The translations under genes and the position numbers were made by a program. A model generated the notes under the pieces. It made no database searches. It was not told where the DNA came from and worked only from the letters and a program-made list of their open reading frames with translations. This document shows, one piece after another, positions 1-15,941 of a stretch of 64,000 nucleotides of DNA; position 1 is the stretch's first letter, and every line of letters begins with the position of its first letter. Source of the DNA: Octopus sinensis (taxonomy: Eukaryota); NCBI RefSeq assembly GCF_006345805.1, contig NC_042999.1, forward strand, positions 112,778,001 to 112,842,000, given 5' to 3'.

Positions 1-1821
1 CGGCTTTTGTACAATATCCTATCCGCTAAGTTGCCTATTCGCTCAGATTATTTAATCTTATTAGATTAAATGAAAAGTCTTATTCTAATATGTCAAGTTG
101 TAGTTATCTCCCTTGGAATAACAAATTGCAGCGAAAGTTTGACGTAGTTATTGATTCAGCAGGGGAAATATTTATTGCCCACATCATGTCAAAATTGATG
201 AGGTCTCTAATCATTTACTACCTCTGATTATATTTATCTGGAACAAGCAAGAGTTTGAATTTTGTTTTTGTATGATTTTATAGATACAGTTTTGGGGTTA
301 TATATTTTACCTTTTATTCGTTCAGTCATTAGGCTGCAGCCATGCCAGGGCACCACCTAGAAATTTTAGTCGAAGGAATCAACTTCTTTTTTAAGTCTGG
401 TACTTATTTTATCAGTCTCTTTTGCCAAACCGCTAAGTTATGGGGGAGCCCCAAAAAGACCAACACCAGTTGTCAAGCAGTCATGGGGGCTTAAACACAG
501 ACTCATATACTTATGAATGTGACAGGCTTCTTTCAGTTTGTCTACCAAATCCATTCACAAGGCTTTGGCTAGCCAAAAGTTGTAAGTGGAACGATGCCAC
601 ACAGTGGGACTGAACCCAGAACCATGTGATTGGGAAGCAAATTTTACCACACGGCCATGCCTAATATATATTTATTAGTTATGGGGTTTTGAAAGGACAG
701 TGAAATGGAGTTGGAGTATTGAATGAAGGTATAAATCGTTATAATGTAATGACTATTGTGGTTAGGGCTTAATAAAAACTCAGCCAGTTTAGAATTTCTA
801 ACTTAGAGGTTTCACTTGTTCAATCATCTGAACTGCCTGCTCAATGATTTTATGTACAAATAGCTGACTATTCCACAGACATAATCCTCAATTGGATTCA
901 ATGTGACACAGCTGGACTGAATTACAGGTAAAATACATCCAAAGACAGCCATACAGTTTCCGTCTACCCAATATCATTCACTAAGTTTGGGTTGAACAGT
1001 AGATATGGTAAGACACTTGCCTAAAATTTGCTGTAGTGATCTTGAAACTGGGACTTCATGATTGCAAAACAAAGTTGTTAACCATTTGGCCATGATGCCT
1101 GTATATTAGGAACTTTAATGATGATTTAAGGTTGCATTGAACAGATCCATGACTATTAATAGTTGGGATCAACTTTTTTTTTTTTTTGCTTATGAAATCT
1201 TTTTAGTCTGAGTTGGGAAAGCAATTCTTATAATTTTTACAGGTCCTTCTAGATTGAAAGATAAACACGGCTGGAGTTCTTAACCCTTTAGTATCAGAAT
1301 TATAGGTGATTTTCTTTTTCTCTCTTTTTTTTTTAAATACCCACTGTTCTAACAATAGTGTTGGTAAAATCTACTCAGCAATACAAGCAGTTGTTTAGCT
1401 TGCAAAATGGATATCTTGAAATAAGGTAATAGTGACAGTCCCATATTGTTGCCCAAGATAAATTGTCATAAACATTTATTGACTTCGTGAACGAGATTTT
1501 TTTTTTTCTAAATTAAAGTACTAAATCTTGTAAAATGGTTCAACAAGCTAAATGTGAGATTCTTAAAACTTATGTCCATAACATAATGTGAGATTCTTAA
1601 GACTTGAGTCCATAACAGTTAATCTAAGAGCTATTACAAATGTATCCTAGACTACACTTAGGCAAAAATTGTCCACCCTTGTGATTTTATCTTTAAAATG
1701 TGACATTGTTGCAGATTTTACTGTCACTACCAAAGAATTTTTTTTTATTTTTGCTTATAAGCTTCTGTTTTATTTTTTTTATTTCAAAGTGAATAAAGAA
1801 TGCAATTTATTTTCTTACTAG

Positions 1822-1932
1822 GTGGAAGATCGCCGAATTTCTGTTGAAAAAACATTAATGGCTCTACAAGAAAATTACCAAGTCTTGAAAGAGAAACATA
1901 ATTTGGAAAAGCAACAAAATTATAAACTCAAA
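1822..1932 (+). CDS. SPDL1: Spindly exon (VEDRR...YKLK)
   Basis: tttcttactag acceptor, GTATGG donor, 37 open codons. Confidence 0.85.
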
Positions 1933-4900
1933 GTATGGAATAATATTTTCATATTTTATGTTTAAGCAGAGCAGAATGTTTACCTGTTCTTTAACAACAG
2001 TGTAGGACAAACACCTTTCTTTGTATTTAAAACATTCCCAATATACTATAACTGTTCGATTGGGCATTCTGAATGTTTTCAGTACCATCTAGCAACTCAT
2101 TGAAACTTACAAATTAAGTATAAAAATTACTTTTTAAAAAGTAAACAATTTGTATGTTTTACACATAGTCAGTCCTAATGCATTTCATATTTATATTAAC
2201 TATTTTTGGAGTGTTGGTTTTCATAATTTCCTCGTTCTTACCAACAGATGCAAAATATGTCGTATCAAATGGACTCCAGCAAAGAAAATGAAACTGGACT
2301 GGAGTATCTCGATTACAAGTTATCACAATCACAGTATGAGATTAAACAGTTGCAAGAAAAAATTAAACACATGGAAAAGCATGAGGTAAGTTTAAGGCTA
2401 AAGATTTCTTGAATCTATTCATGGAAACTTTCTTATACCATAGTCATCTTCATTTAACGTCCCTTTTTCCATGCTGGTATGGGTTAGATAATTCGGCATG
2501 AACAAACTAGGCAGAGGGCTGTGCCTGGTTGTAATGTCTGCTTTGGCATGGTTTCTGCAGCTTGATACCACCTACTTCACAGTGTACTTAGTGCTTTTTA
2601 CATGACACCAACACTGAAAATATATAAGTAGGCATTATTTAAATTAAATATTTGAGATCATGGAGCATTAAAATTTTGTATTTCTAATATCTACTTAAGT
2701 TAGATAAACTAGATGACACGTTTTAATTTATGACCAAGTTCTTAGTATTATTATGTTCATCTTCGAGGATTTAAGCTGGCAGATGCCAGGCTGATTAGTT
2801 AAAATATGACAATTCACTTTACCTCATAAGAGGTTTAAAGTCTCTCAGTTCACTTAATTGCAAATATGTTGCATAGTTAGGTAGAACTCACTGCTGTAAG
2901 CAGTAGGGTTCAATTTTTTTTTTTTTTTTTTTTATAGCTTAAGGACAAATGAGTAATGTTCAGTCTTTGCAACAACTGCAACTCATCAAGTACAGTCCAT
3001 CTGATGAACTTCTATACAATTTCCACTATATGACTTGGGTTGACTTGAATTGTGATAGAAGGTTACTTACCCAAAGTACCACTTCAGACTAGTAACCGTG
3101 TGATTACTCAAGTACTTGACCATTCAGCCATGCTTGCACCCACCAGTGCCACATGCTGAAGAGTTTTATTAATATTTATTAATTAGCTTTTTAGTTCACT
3201 TGAAATTATAGCTAGATAAAGAGTCTCCACCAGATGTATTACATGAAAATTTTGTCATTAATGGCATTCTTAGATTCTTCAGAGTACCTGACTGCTTCAA
3301 TAATTTACACGCATTTAAGAAATTAACAATGGAAATCATCATAATGAAGAAAATTATACTTTATCCAGTAATTCGGTTTTAATAAAACTGAATAATGAAA
3401 TGAAATATTGACAAACAGCTTTCAAGCAATCCTGAGTGAGGGTATTTGAAGTTAACTATGACACCTTATTGCTATGCAAATTTTTAATGAGTTGTCTTTC
3501 ATGTATTGATGAATATCTTGTAAATGTACTGTTATTTCTATGTTTTGGGAAACATCTGGATGTTTATCTTTACTTTTTAGTCACAACAGATTGACCAACT
3601 GACAGATATTCAAAAGACATTTGGAACCAATGAAAATCAAGGCTTAATCGACTTTTTGAAGCTTTTAAATGATAAAAAACAGTAAGTTGTCTTATGTCTA
3701 TGCTTCCATTGTTGTATGCAATAAACAGGTCTGCTAAACTGCTGTTCTAATTTCCATGGTCATTGTATTTGTTAATTATAAACATAGAACAATTTCTGCC
3801 AATCCTCAATCTAGTTTTTATAATCATGTATTTTATATACATGTTTACATGAATACTAAAATTATGTAATTTAATCGCATTATTTATGTTGTTAGGCACA
3901 ACTTGTATCTGCAAATATCTCTTACAGGAATGACTTACAGGTTACTCAAGAAAAACTAAACAATCTACAAATGCAGTATTTCCAAGAATCAGATAAAGTC
4001 GTTGACTATATCAAGAAATTACGCCTGGCTGAAGAGCAGATAAAGGCTTTACGTTACAGAAACATGAAGTTGAAGTTACAAACTGATGAACTTATCTCAA
4101 AATATAAACCAGGTATTTGAATTTTGTATTTTGTTGGTGGGAGGGTGCTATCTCAATTTATACAGTGCAAAGCTTTATAAGTCATGAAATGCTCCATGCC
4201 CTAGAGTAATATAGTATTACACTATGCTTATTGTTTCGATTTACCTTTTCCATTTTTTTTACCAATTTTATCTCTAACGTTATAATTATTATTATTCATT
4301 GAATTTAATTTCAAAATACTTTTCTTTAACCAGTGCCAAACCTATAAAAGTTGGAAGAGGTTTCCTTTTCCTGCTTTGACAGATACAACTGCTTGTTGTA
4401 TATATAACCAGTTTGGCAATAGCCATGACTCTATTGTATTGATTCAGTTACAAAGACCTTTTCAAACTCTTGTAAATTTTAGAATTAATTTTAAGGTATG
4501 ATTTCCTTTTCATTAACAGATGAAATTGGTAATGTTAGAAATGACCGGAAAACTAGAACTGAAAAGATCCCATTAAGTTCTTCAGAGAATTTTCCTGAAA
4601 AATTGAAATCTCAAAAAGAACCTAGCAAACCGGAACAAAAGCTCCCTGCTCAAAACCACTCGATGACCCACCGAAGAAAATTAGAGCTTGCTCGTTATGG
4701 TCTTATCAATCCACTTGATGTACTTGATGGGTCTCCAAAAGCAAAGAAAACAGTCAGCATGTCTCATGATGTAGAAATAATTGACCAGAATGTAAATAAG
4801 GAACAGAAACTTGCCTCAACACCCTCAGCTGTTTCCCAACAAACAAAGAGGAAATCTAAAGGCAAACTTATTCCTCGCAAAATTATTGAAGTAAAAGCTC

Positions 4901-4938
4901 CACCTGATACTAATGGAGTGGAATGTGCACAGCAATAG
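1822..4938 (+). CDS. SPDL1: Spindly (kinetochore dynein adaptor), 3' part; join(1822..1932,2248..2385,3581..3681,3928..4112,4520..4938); 5' exons lie outside the window
   Basis: Five exons with AG/GT boundaries splice in frame (phases 0,0,2,1). VEDRRISVEKTLMALQENYQVLKEKH matches the VEDRR segment that follows the Spindly motif. NMKLKLQTDELISKYKP resembles human NMKLRAKLDELKLKYEP (recalled from memory). C-terminus CAQQ vs human CPQQ. Confidence 0.85.
2248..2385 (+). CDS. SPDL1: Spindly exon (MQNMSYQ...MEKHE)
   Basis: ccaacag acceptor, GTAAGT donor, 46 codons, coiled-coil composition. Confidence 0.85.
3581..3681 (+). CDS. SPDL1: Spindly exon (SQQIDQ...NDKK)
   Basis: tttttag acceptor, GTAAGT donor, 101 bp; phase fits both neighbours. 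Confidence 0.8.
3928..4112 (+). CDS. SPDL1: Spindly exon (NDLQVT...SKYKP)
   Basis: cttacag acceptor, GTATTT donor, 185 bp open, coiled coil. Confidence 0.85.
4520..4938 (+). CDS. SPDL1: Spindly terminal exon (disordered tail, ends VECAQQ*)
   Basis: cattaacag acceptor; in frame with ORF 4498..4938; AATAAA at 5025-5030. Confidence 0.85.
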
Positions 4939-5024
4939 AATAATGTAATATATAATGAAACATTTCTTTGAAGAAATTGTATATTAAAAACTATATTCAC
5001 GATTTTAATTTTTGGTTTGCCAAT

Positions 5025-5030
5025 AATAAA
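5025..5030 (+). terminator. Candidate polyadenylation signal of Spindly
   Basis: AATAAA ~90 nt after the stop codon. Confidence 0.5.
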
Positions 5031-7354
5031 AAGTTACACTGTGTCAAAACGGAGCATAACCATTTTGTCTGATAAAAAGATGTTGCCAATCACTTCGAAT
5101 TGTTGATAACTATTATTGATTTGGTATCATTATGAAGTTGCACAAGTGCTTTTTGTAAATTAAATGTAGGTTTATAAAATCGATTTTACATAATAAATTT
5201 AAATTACCAGGAATGTTGCTTGCTTGTTTGTTTGTTTGTTGAAGACAGGTTCAAGAGATGCAGTTGATATTCATATCATAAATGGGTGAGATTAGAATGG
5301 TTAATGCTTGATTTAGTCCACGATAATGTATTTGACAATTTTAATGTGAAGTACTAATATTTTTAATAGATTTAGATGGTGGAAACAAATACATCATGTT
5401 ACTAGCTAGCATCAGGTAAAATTTTATTAGGACATACCACCTTGTAATCATAGCATTTAAACAATTGTCTCTGGAGGAGGGACAATAAGGCTGCTATTTC
5501 TCAATGGTTTAGAGGCCAACAATCAGGTTTAGGGTGGTAAAGCAAAGACCATAGATTACATTTGTCTATGGTGTGTAAAGTATCATTCAATTTAATCCAT
5601 TTGAATTCAATTTTTGTCTTGCCTATATTTGTTTTAAGATACAATTTTTGTCTGAACTCAATAAAATTTTCATAAAATTGGTGCTTGCAAGACATTTAAA
5701 ATTTTATAGATAAACCATCTTAGGTAGATTGGTATCAAAAGGATAAGCATGACATCTTGTAATTAACATGCATGTAAAAAGATTTTTGTGCAAACTAGCC
5801 ATCAGGATTATACAGGGTGTTAAGTGTTTGGACAAAGAAAAGCTGAATTTGGCTCCACATGATTTAGTATTTTAAAATCTACAAAAGGGTCTGACTGAAT
5901 TGCAAATGCAGAGTATACTTCAAAGGTGGTTGGGTGGGTGTAAATATGAAATGATCATGTTTTCCTAAAATTATAAAGAATGTCAAGTTCATATTCATAA
6001 CCTGGGATCATCCCTAATTATGGATTAAATGACACATTGTCTACCATAACCAGCTTAGAACAATGCATATTTTACATTAATCTATAATCTTTTTGTTACC
6101 ATATATTGAAAGGTTTTAGTTTAAACCCCAGAATTTGTATCAAATCATTGGAAAAAGAATAATCGGTTAAAGACGGTTGGACATAATCTGAGGATCTGGT
6201 TGCAAATTCTAACTGGCAAAGTAGTTCGTTACCCATCTAAAGTAATAACACTTCCACAAATTCTTTAAAATGAAAGCAACTTTAGGCTAGTCTGGTGGGG
6301 TATCAATTGTTTATTACAAATTTTGTCAAACCTTTAGTCACTAAATACTATAGCCTGCTATTTGAATTTACCAATATGACAGGTTATGCAAATGGTTTAA
6401 AACCATCCCAAGTCAAAAAAATTGAAATATAGGCACAGGAGTGGCTGTGGTAAGTAGCTTGCTTACCAACATGGTTCCAGGTTCATTCCCACTACATGGC
6501 ACCTTTGGCAAGTGTCTACTATAGCCTCGGGCTGACGAAAGCCCTGAGTGAATTTGGCAAACAGAAACTGAAAGAAGCCTGTTGTATATGTGTGTGTATA
6601 TTTTTGTCTCCCCAGCATTGCTTGACAACCAATGGTGTTTACTTCCCCTAACTTGGCAGTTCAGCAAGAGAGAATAAGTACTAGGCTTCCAAAGAATAAG
6701 TCCCGTGGTCAATTTACTGAACTAAAGGTGGTGCTCCAGCATGACCAGTCAAATGAATGAAACAAAAGGAGTATAGTGTACACCGATTTTCTAGCATCTC
6801 ATTCCAGTCCTGGCAATTTTCAACTACCAAACCTTCACAACACATTCAGTATTAAAGCTGGAAACTTTCTGTAGATACAATTGTAGCAATATGCAGGAAA
6901 AAAAATGTTGAAAACTAGCTTAAGTAACACCTAACGATCCTTTCTTTGATAAGAATCAAAAAGTCTGCTTGAAGATAAGCTTCAAGATAGGCAACTAGGA
7001 GGTTGGTATGTCTTCAAATTTTAATTGAATGTTTAACACTGAAAAAACATGTGACAAAGAATAAAAATGGCACAAGTTAATAAAATCAAGTAATTTGCTT
7101 AACCAACAGCTTTCAGCTAGAATATATTAAATGAAATTAAAATCAATTTCCTTCTGCCACTTAGACTACACACAGATTAGGGGTGCTTGAGTAGATATTA
7201 GATGTCAACTATTGATGCTTAAAACGAGTCAAGTCTGAGGAAAAACTGCTGCTTTAAATGCTTGCCAAGCCTACCTTGTATATTTATGCTAATGCTTCAG
7301 ATACTAAAACAGTCAATATACTGCAACATTCGTCTATTAAAACAGTTATTTACA

Positions 7355-7745
7355 GAATAATAATAATGAAATTATTGTATAGTGCTCAGGTGCACCACAA
7401 CTTGTCAGAAAGTGCATATAAAGTACATGTAGAAATGTCTGGAAAGTGAACATACTTGTGTGTGAATGGAGGGGAGAAAAATCAAGTGTAGTGTTGGCGA
7501 ATCTCAGGAAGCATGGAAGTCTAGAAGGATGCAGTGCTCCGACAACTAACAACCGATGCCGGCAGTTTGTTCCACACTTCAGCAACTCTCAGCGTGAAAA
7601 AATGTTTCCTGAAGTCATGGGAGCTGTGCTGTTTTCTTACTTTGTAAATATGTCCACGGGTGTTAGATGGGTGGAGTTTGAAGCACCTAGAAGTAAACTG
7701 TTGACCTTCCTATAAAAGGAAATACTATACACGCTAGCACACTAT
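7355..7745 (-). mobile_element. CR1-type LINE, 3' end fragment
   Basis: Minus strand reads TRGHIYKVRKQHSSHDFRKHFFTLRVAEVWNKLPASVV, a typical CR1 ORF2 C-terminus, followed by an (ATT)n-like tail. Confidence 0.7.
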
Positions 7746-9876
7746 GTAATAGCAACATGTCCTAATACACACTTCCCAACTTTAACTACTTTTAGGGCAA
7801 ATTTGAACACCCATAAATTAGACAAGAGTTGATACCTTTTAAGATTTTCAAAATGCAGCCCAGAGTTATTTGTACTAGAATTGATTGCTTTGGTGCCATT
7901 CCAAGTCCTAGTAAAGAGTACTCATTTAAAGACCAAGTTTTACTCTTGTAAGAAATATCCAATTCAAAAGTAAAAGTTACAAATAGATTTTACTTAAGTT
8001 TTTCAGAGAGAAGAGTCAAATCATATGCAGATGAACTGCTTAAATGGCTTATTTTATAATCCTCAGTCAGTATTGTTTGCATTGTGCTCCATTGCTAATA
8101 CAGACACCAAGATTTTCTCTAATATAGAAAAATTTTATTAGCACTTACTTGAAGTGCTGAAAAGATTTGATTCCCTTATCTACCAGGTCTGAACTTCAAA
8201 ACATTACGAAGTACTGTTTTAGTTAAGTACAGAGCAATATATAAATTACCAAACATCTTTCCTGGAAAATATAACTAGATAAACCACAGAAGCTACAGCA
8301 GCTGAAAGTGGTGTTCAGTCTTAAGTTTACCATGCAAATTATAAACTTACAATAATGCTACAAAGTCGACTACAATTTCCAGTATATGACAGATGAAACT
8401 AGGTTTGTGGTTGGCTTCGACTGAAGTGCTGGCTCTGAGTACAAATGTCTTGTTTTCATAAGTTTTGAATTAAAATATTCCAAACCTTAGTCGCAATTTG
8501 TTCCTAACATTAGCTTAATGATAACTAAGCTATTTTACTAAATTCTTTGTTATAGTTAAAGTAATTGAAAGAAACACAGAGCATCACAAAATAAATACAG
8601 TAACAAAAGGGTTAATCACGTCAATTGTCGAAATATTTGTTCTCATAGCATTTACTCATCTAAGTATTTTTCTAATTAGGTCTTATTTGGAATGAGCCGC
8701 AGGTTCTAAAAAATGTACTGCACAACATAGCTGAATAGTAATTAGAGATGGTGAGGATACTGAGCATGTAAATACCTAAAAGGTTTATCAAATCCTCTCA
8801 GTTACTCAAACACCTGCCTGTGGCAATAAAAAATGGCATTTAAAACAAAAGGCCTTGACTCCTTTATAGTTCTTAAAATAAGACTTAAAACACACCTTAC
8901 ACATCCTTTCAACAGAAACTAAGTTGTATAGTACGAACCTTAAACATTAAAAGCAGTTATGTGACATGCGGCATTACCCACTCTACGTTGGATGTCTAAA
9001 GAAATTTTGCAGCCATTTTATCAAAACAGCATGGATAAAAATTGTAAATTTTAGATGCTTTCCAGATGACTGAGCCAAGCAGAATATGCTAAAATGTTTA
9101 ATTTACTTTAGCATATTTAAAGCTAATGGCATTATTTTCAGATCAATGAAATTGAAAACCAAACACCAAATTAATTATTATGCATTTATTTTTAGCAGGA
9201 ATAGCTATTTGCCATAATTCAAAGCAACAAGTGCAAAAAGCTTAAATCCATTTTAGTACTAAATACTCAAATTAGCAATATAACAATTTTGCAGAGAAAC
9301 TGAAGCCAATAATTTGAGGAATAAAGGGAACAAAGAAACTTGAATATGTAAAAACTGAAATGTGCTTGGTAGCTTACTTCTACACGAGCCATTTTAACAA
9401 AAAACATCAAGATATTAGAAGTTGAAACACTGAATATTTTGTCAATGAGATGCTAATTTACAAATCAAGTTAAAATGCAATGAATTGTAAAATAGCAGTT
9501 TCATAAGTCAAATAAAGCATTTCACAAATGCTTTTTATGCTTTATTTCACTGAAGAAAAAATAATGTACACAGTAGCAAAGATGTGTCTATACAACTGCA
9601 TACATTTTACTTTATACTCAAGCTGCTACGAAGCAGCAATAAATCGAGTGAAAAAACATTCAGAATTTAAACTCAACAACCTAAGGTGCTTTATGGCTAA
9701 GATCAAAAAATGACATCCTTAAATTACTTCAGAACCTAAAAGCATTAAGATTCAGAGAAATTCCAAGTTATGGATCAATAATTGTACTACCAATGCAAAA
9801 AGAAATCATTGATAAAACTAAAAAACTTAAAATTTTGAAGAAAAAAAATAAAACTTAATTCATGATATAGTTCAAT

Positions 9877-9882
9877 TTTATT
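9877..9882 (-). terminator. Candidate polyadenylation signal of polyubiquitin
   Basis: AATAAA on minus strand ~135 nt after the stop codon. Confidence 0.55.
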
Positions 9883-10014
9883 TAAGCAAACATTAGATTT
9901 GCACAAAATAGACCTAGTCTGTGGAAAATTTATATACAGAAAATCCACAGGTTAAAAGGATCAAATTTTTGTAAAGTCAAATGGGGGCTTTAGGCAAATA
10001 GGGAAATGATTCTT

Positions 10015-12456
<2,442 letters not shown>

Positions 12457-14297
12457 TCAATATTCGATATATAATTTTTACGAGAATAAAATTTTTACCA
12501 TGTATGCATTACAAAAAGAAAAAAAAAAAAAAAAATCGACATTTACATAAAAATTCATTATTCAAGATGGAAGGGCGTGGGGTGGAGCCTGCTTGAAAAA
12601 CTAGAACGTATGATCTAATTTTAGTTTGTCTGCCAAGTTAGTAAATGTATCAATGTCAGTCATTTATTTTAGCGGTAACAAATGTTTTCCGTAAACCATC
12701 TGCAGTTACCTAATGTACTGCCATGACTTGCTCGTGGTTCAATATTTTTAATCCTTTGTTACTTTTAGTTGTGACGTAAAAACATTTAAGAAAAACGATA
12801 AGAATGCCGACCACTGATGTGTTGCTCCAAACATTAGCCTTAAAGATTACAAATCGACTAGATAATCTTAAAATAGGTGTTACTATTTTTAAGCTTTCGA
12901 AATTCAAGATTTACACCAAGTTTGTATGCTTTCAGTTTTGAACTAATTCTCGTACGGATAAATTATGGTAAATACCGGACAAACTAACAACTGCTAAGAT
13001 TAAGACGTTTGGGTGGTTCAAAAACAATACAAAATGATTTTCTAAACGCTTCAAATAATTTGGAAAAAATTTAATATTGTTTGATCCAATATAGTAGAGA
13101 CTGCTGTAAAGATAAAACAATCTTGTAACTCAGAAAATCTGCAGTCACTATTTACAACATTGGAACAAACGCTAACTTTAATATTTATACAATTACAGCT
13201 GTTATAAAAACATTCAAGTATACCGATTCCGAGTACTATACAAAATATATTCGCGTTTTGTATTGTTTTGTTACAGCCGTAATATAATAAAGAAGCGCCA
13301 TTAAGTTTCTACACATTTCCACAAAGATATCAAGCCACAATGAAGTGATCACAGAAAAATATTTAGGTTTGACCTTGCTGGTAGGTCACTTTAGAAACCC
13401 CAGCTGATTATCTTGTTAAAAAAGGTCGAGAGATTTTGCAGAAATCAAAATATTGTCATATGTCGCATTGTGTGTAATTAACAGCTGGAATATTGAGAAT
13501 ATCTAAATGATTACATCGCCCAATACTCAGAAAATGGAAGCCATTGGACGATGAACTAGTTTCCGCTGTTCCAACTGTTGAATAAAAATATCAATATATG
13601 GACTTCAAAACCAGTAGTAGTAATTGTACTTAAGTGTGATAGGTGACATCATGGACTAGCTTTGCTGGCGTAGATTAAGACCAAGAAAACGATTCTAGTA
13701 GTTTCGTGTTTTAAACTTAATCGTAAAAAGCACCGACTTGGCAAATAAAAGCAGGTCTACAAGGTTTCTTTCAATGGTGTAACTAAATGCTGGTTGCAAG
13801 GGGGGAAAATGCCCGATAGGACTATCACAACTTTTTTTCAACAGTTCTCGCAAGATTTTAAGCAAAGACAAATTGCTTGAAAATATTTTACGCCGTTGAA
13901 AATGTTAGCCGAAAATATATGCTAACTACGTAATCAAATAGAGTCAACTCTCACTAACAGCATCGCCATTTCTGACTTCTTTAATGAACACAAATTTAAG
14001 ATTCTACATTGCTTTTAGTAGCTTACAATTTCAATATCAAATTTGTAGTTTAGACAAAAGCCAGAGTGACCAGATCAGTTATGAAAATAGTGTGACCATC
14101 CCGACTTTGTACAATAGTATCCTGGACCAAATTTTTTAATATGTCCTTTCTGCTACCAAGATAGAGGCTCCATAGTCAGTCAAGGAAAATGTTTTAAGAT
14201 TTCAGAAACTAATACGTTGTTTTAGGTAATTAATTATGTTTCATAATAAAATCATAGGCTACCAGAGAAGCTTGAAATTGCAATACTTAATATGTCG

Positions 14298-14317
14298 CGA
14301 ACATTCCAGAATTTTTC
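14298..14317. promoter_or_regulatory. Heat-shock element upstream of polyubiquitin
   Basis: cGAAc-aTTCc-aGAAt-tTTTc: three perfect alternating nGAAn units plus one imperfect. Confidence 0.55.
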
Positions 14318-15810
14318 TTTGTCAATTCCGAGAGAAGCTACGACAAATTTTTTCGTCAATAGTTGAAAAATGAACGCCAACAATGATGCATATTACATGC
14401 CGGAATTAAAGCAAATGAAATATGGCTTAAATTTAGAACGATAAATTTACATGGTTACAAGAAAAAGTAAATCGGGTTGTAACTAATGGAATAATTTATC
14501 GGTTTACGCTAAGAACGAGATAGTTTCACAACAGAAAAAGAAAGGAAACCCTATAAATACACTTGAAATACAAAAAAAGAGCCAAACCTATAAAGTTATA
14601 TTAAACTTCAAAGCGGTTTCTGATATGTTGCTAGAGAAAGTCTAAACACTAAACCAAACAGCACAAACAATGGACGCCCTTAGTTTCAAAAAAACAGAAC
14701 GACCGTTGTCACTCATCACGTCCCTCGACATTTTAGTATCGCGAACATTTTACGGTATTCATCAGGTGCTTTTTGACGGAGAAATTTCCCTTGAATTATT
14801 TTTTAATGCCCCCCACTATAGTTTTATTACTAAAAATTTAAAAAGAAACCTAGAATCTTCTAAATGAACAGGTAAAGAACATCTAGTCGTTCTTTTTCCC
14901 TATGAAAGTTCCATACATAACCCAACTAATTAATTTTTAAGTGATAATCTCTTTAACTACCCGAATATAAAGAATATCTTTTTTGCCCGTATCCGAGAAA
15001 CAATGAGATATACGATTACTAATTTTCATCAAGCTAGAGAAATTTATACAGCCATTTTGAGTGGGAAGATACCAGTAGAGGAAGAATAGCAAGGAGAATA
15101 AGTCTTGTTACAAACAATTCTGTTTCTTAATAAGCGTGCCAATTATAATGCATGTAACAAATGAAAGAAAAAAAATTCAATTAAATGGAAATGAATATAT
15201 CAAATAATTTCCCTCTTTCGATACAATGAACAATATGTCCGACTTTTGAAAAAAAGAAAAAAAAACGCAAGCAGGAAAATAGTGTAGAGTTGCAGAAATC
15301 ACTTAAATATCAATACAATTATAACTGGTGTAGTTTTCTACCATTACAAAAACAGTGAATTACATATATTATATATATGTATACATACATACAATTATTT
15401 AACAAATATCACTCTATTTCACAAATCATTTTAAAATGGAAGGTGTAAAAAAATTCGTTGAATTGAAAATATTTTCTTTTTTCTTTTAGAGGGAAAACAA
15501 TATGGCTGAAATACTCAAATAAATAGATCCAGAAAATTCTAGTCATACTTACAAGGACGTGAAGTGATCTTCGTGTTATGATTAATAAGAAAGCTGCAAT
15601 TCTTCTTAACCACAATCCAAATTAAGCAATGGCCGATAGCAGTTGTATTTATATTATAAAGCCACTGTTCTGATTGGTTGATTTATTTCAAACACACACA
15701 CATACACACACGTATAAGGGAGGTTCGACTTCACACATACTTACACTCACATATAGATAAGCTTGAACGCAAGCAAATATACATAATCTGATAGGCGAGG
15801 TAGATCTATT

Positions 15811-15941
15811 TGATTCTTTATTACCCACTAGGGGCGACACAGAGGGGAACACCAAAAGACATGGGGACATAGAACATTATAATTAAAATTTATGAAAATG
15901 AATTGTTAAACGAAAAAAATGATAAAATGAAAGCGATACCA
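15811..15941 (-). mobile_element. 5'-truncated SINE end with 18-bp target-site duplication
   Basis: aggcgaggtagatctatt at 15793-15810 and 15942-15959 flanks sequence complementary to the local SINE tail. Confidence 0.5.

Noticed and set aside
1551-1617. 34-bp tandem duplication upstream of the first Spindly exon seen
   Set aside because: Ordinary intronic slippage duplication
4764-5000. Antisense ORF over the last Spindly exon
   Set aside because: Shadow ORF with no recognisable features
8690-8835. Splice-like AG/GT pattern on minus suggesting small non-coding exons or a snoRNA host
   Set aside because: No open frame and no C/D boxes found; such motifs are common in AT-rich DNA
14551-14597. 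Plus-strand TATA-like motifs suggesting a divergent gene
   Set aside because: No downstream exon or ORF support; AT-rich background
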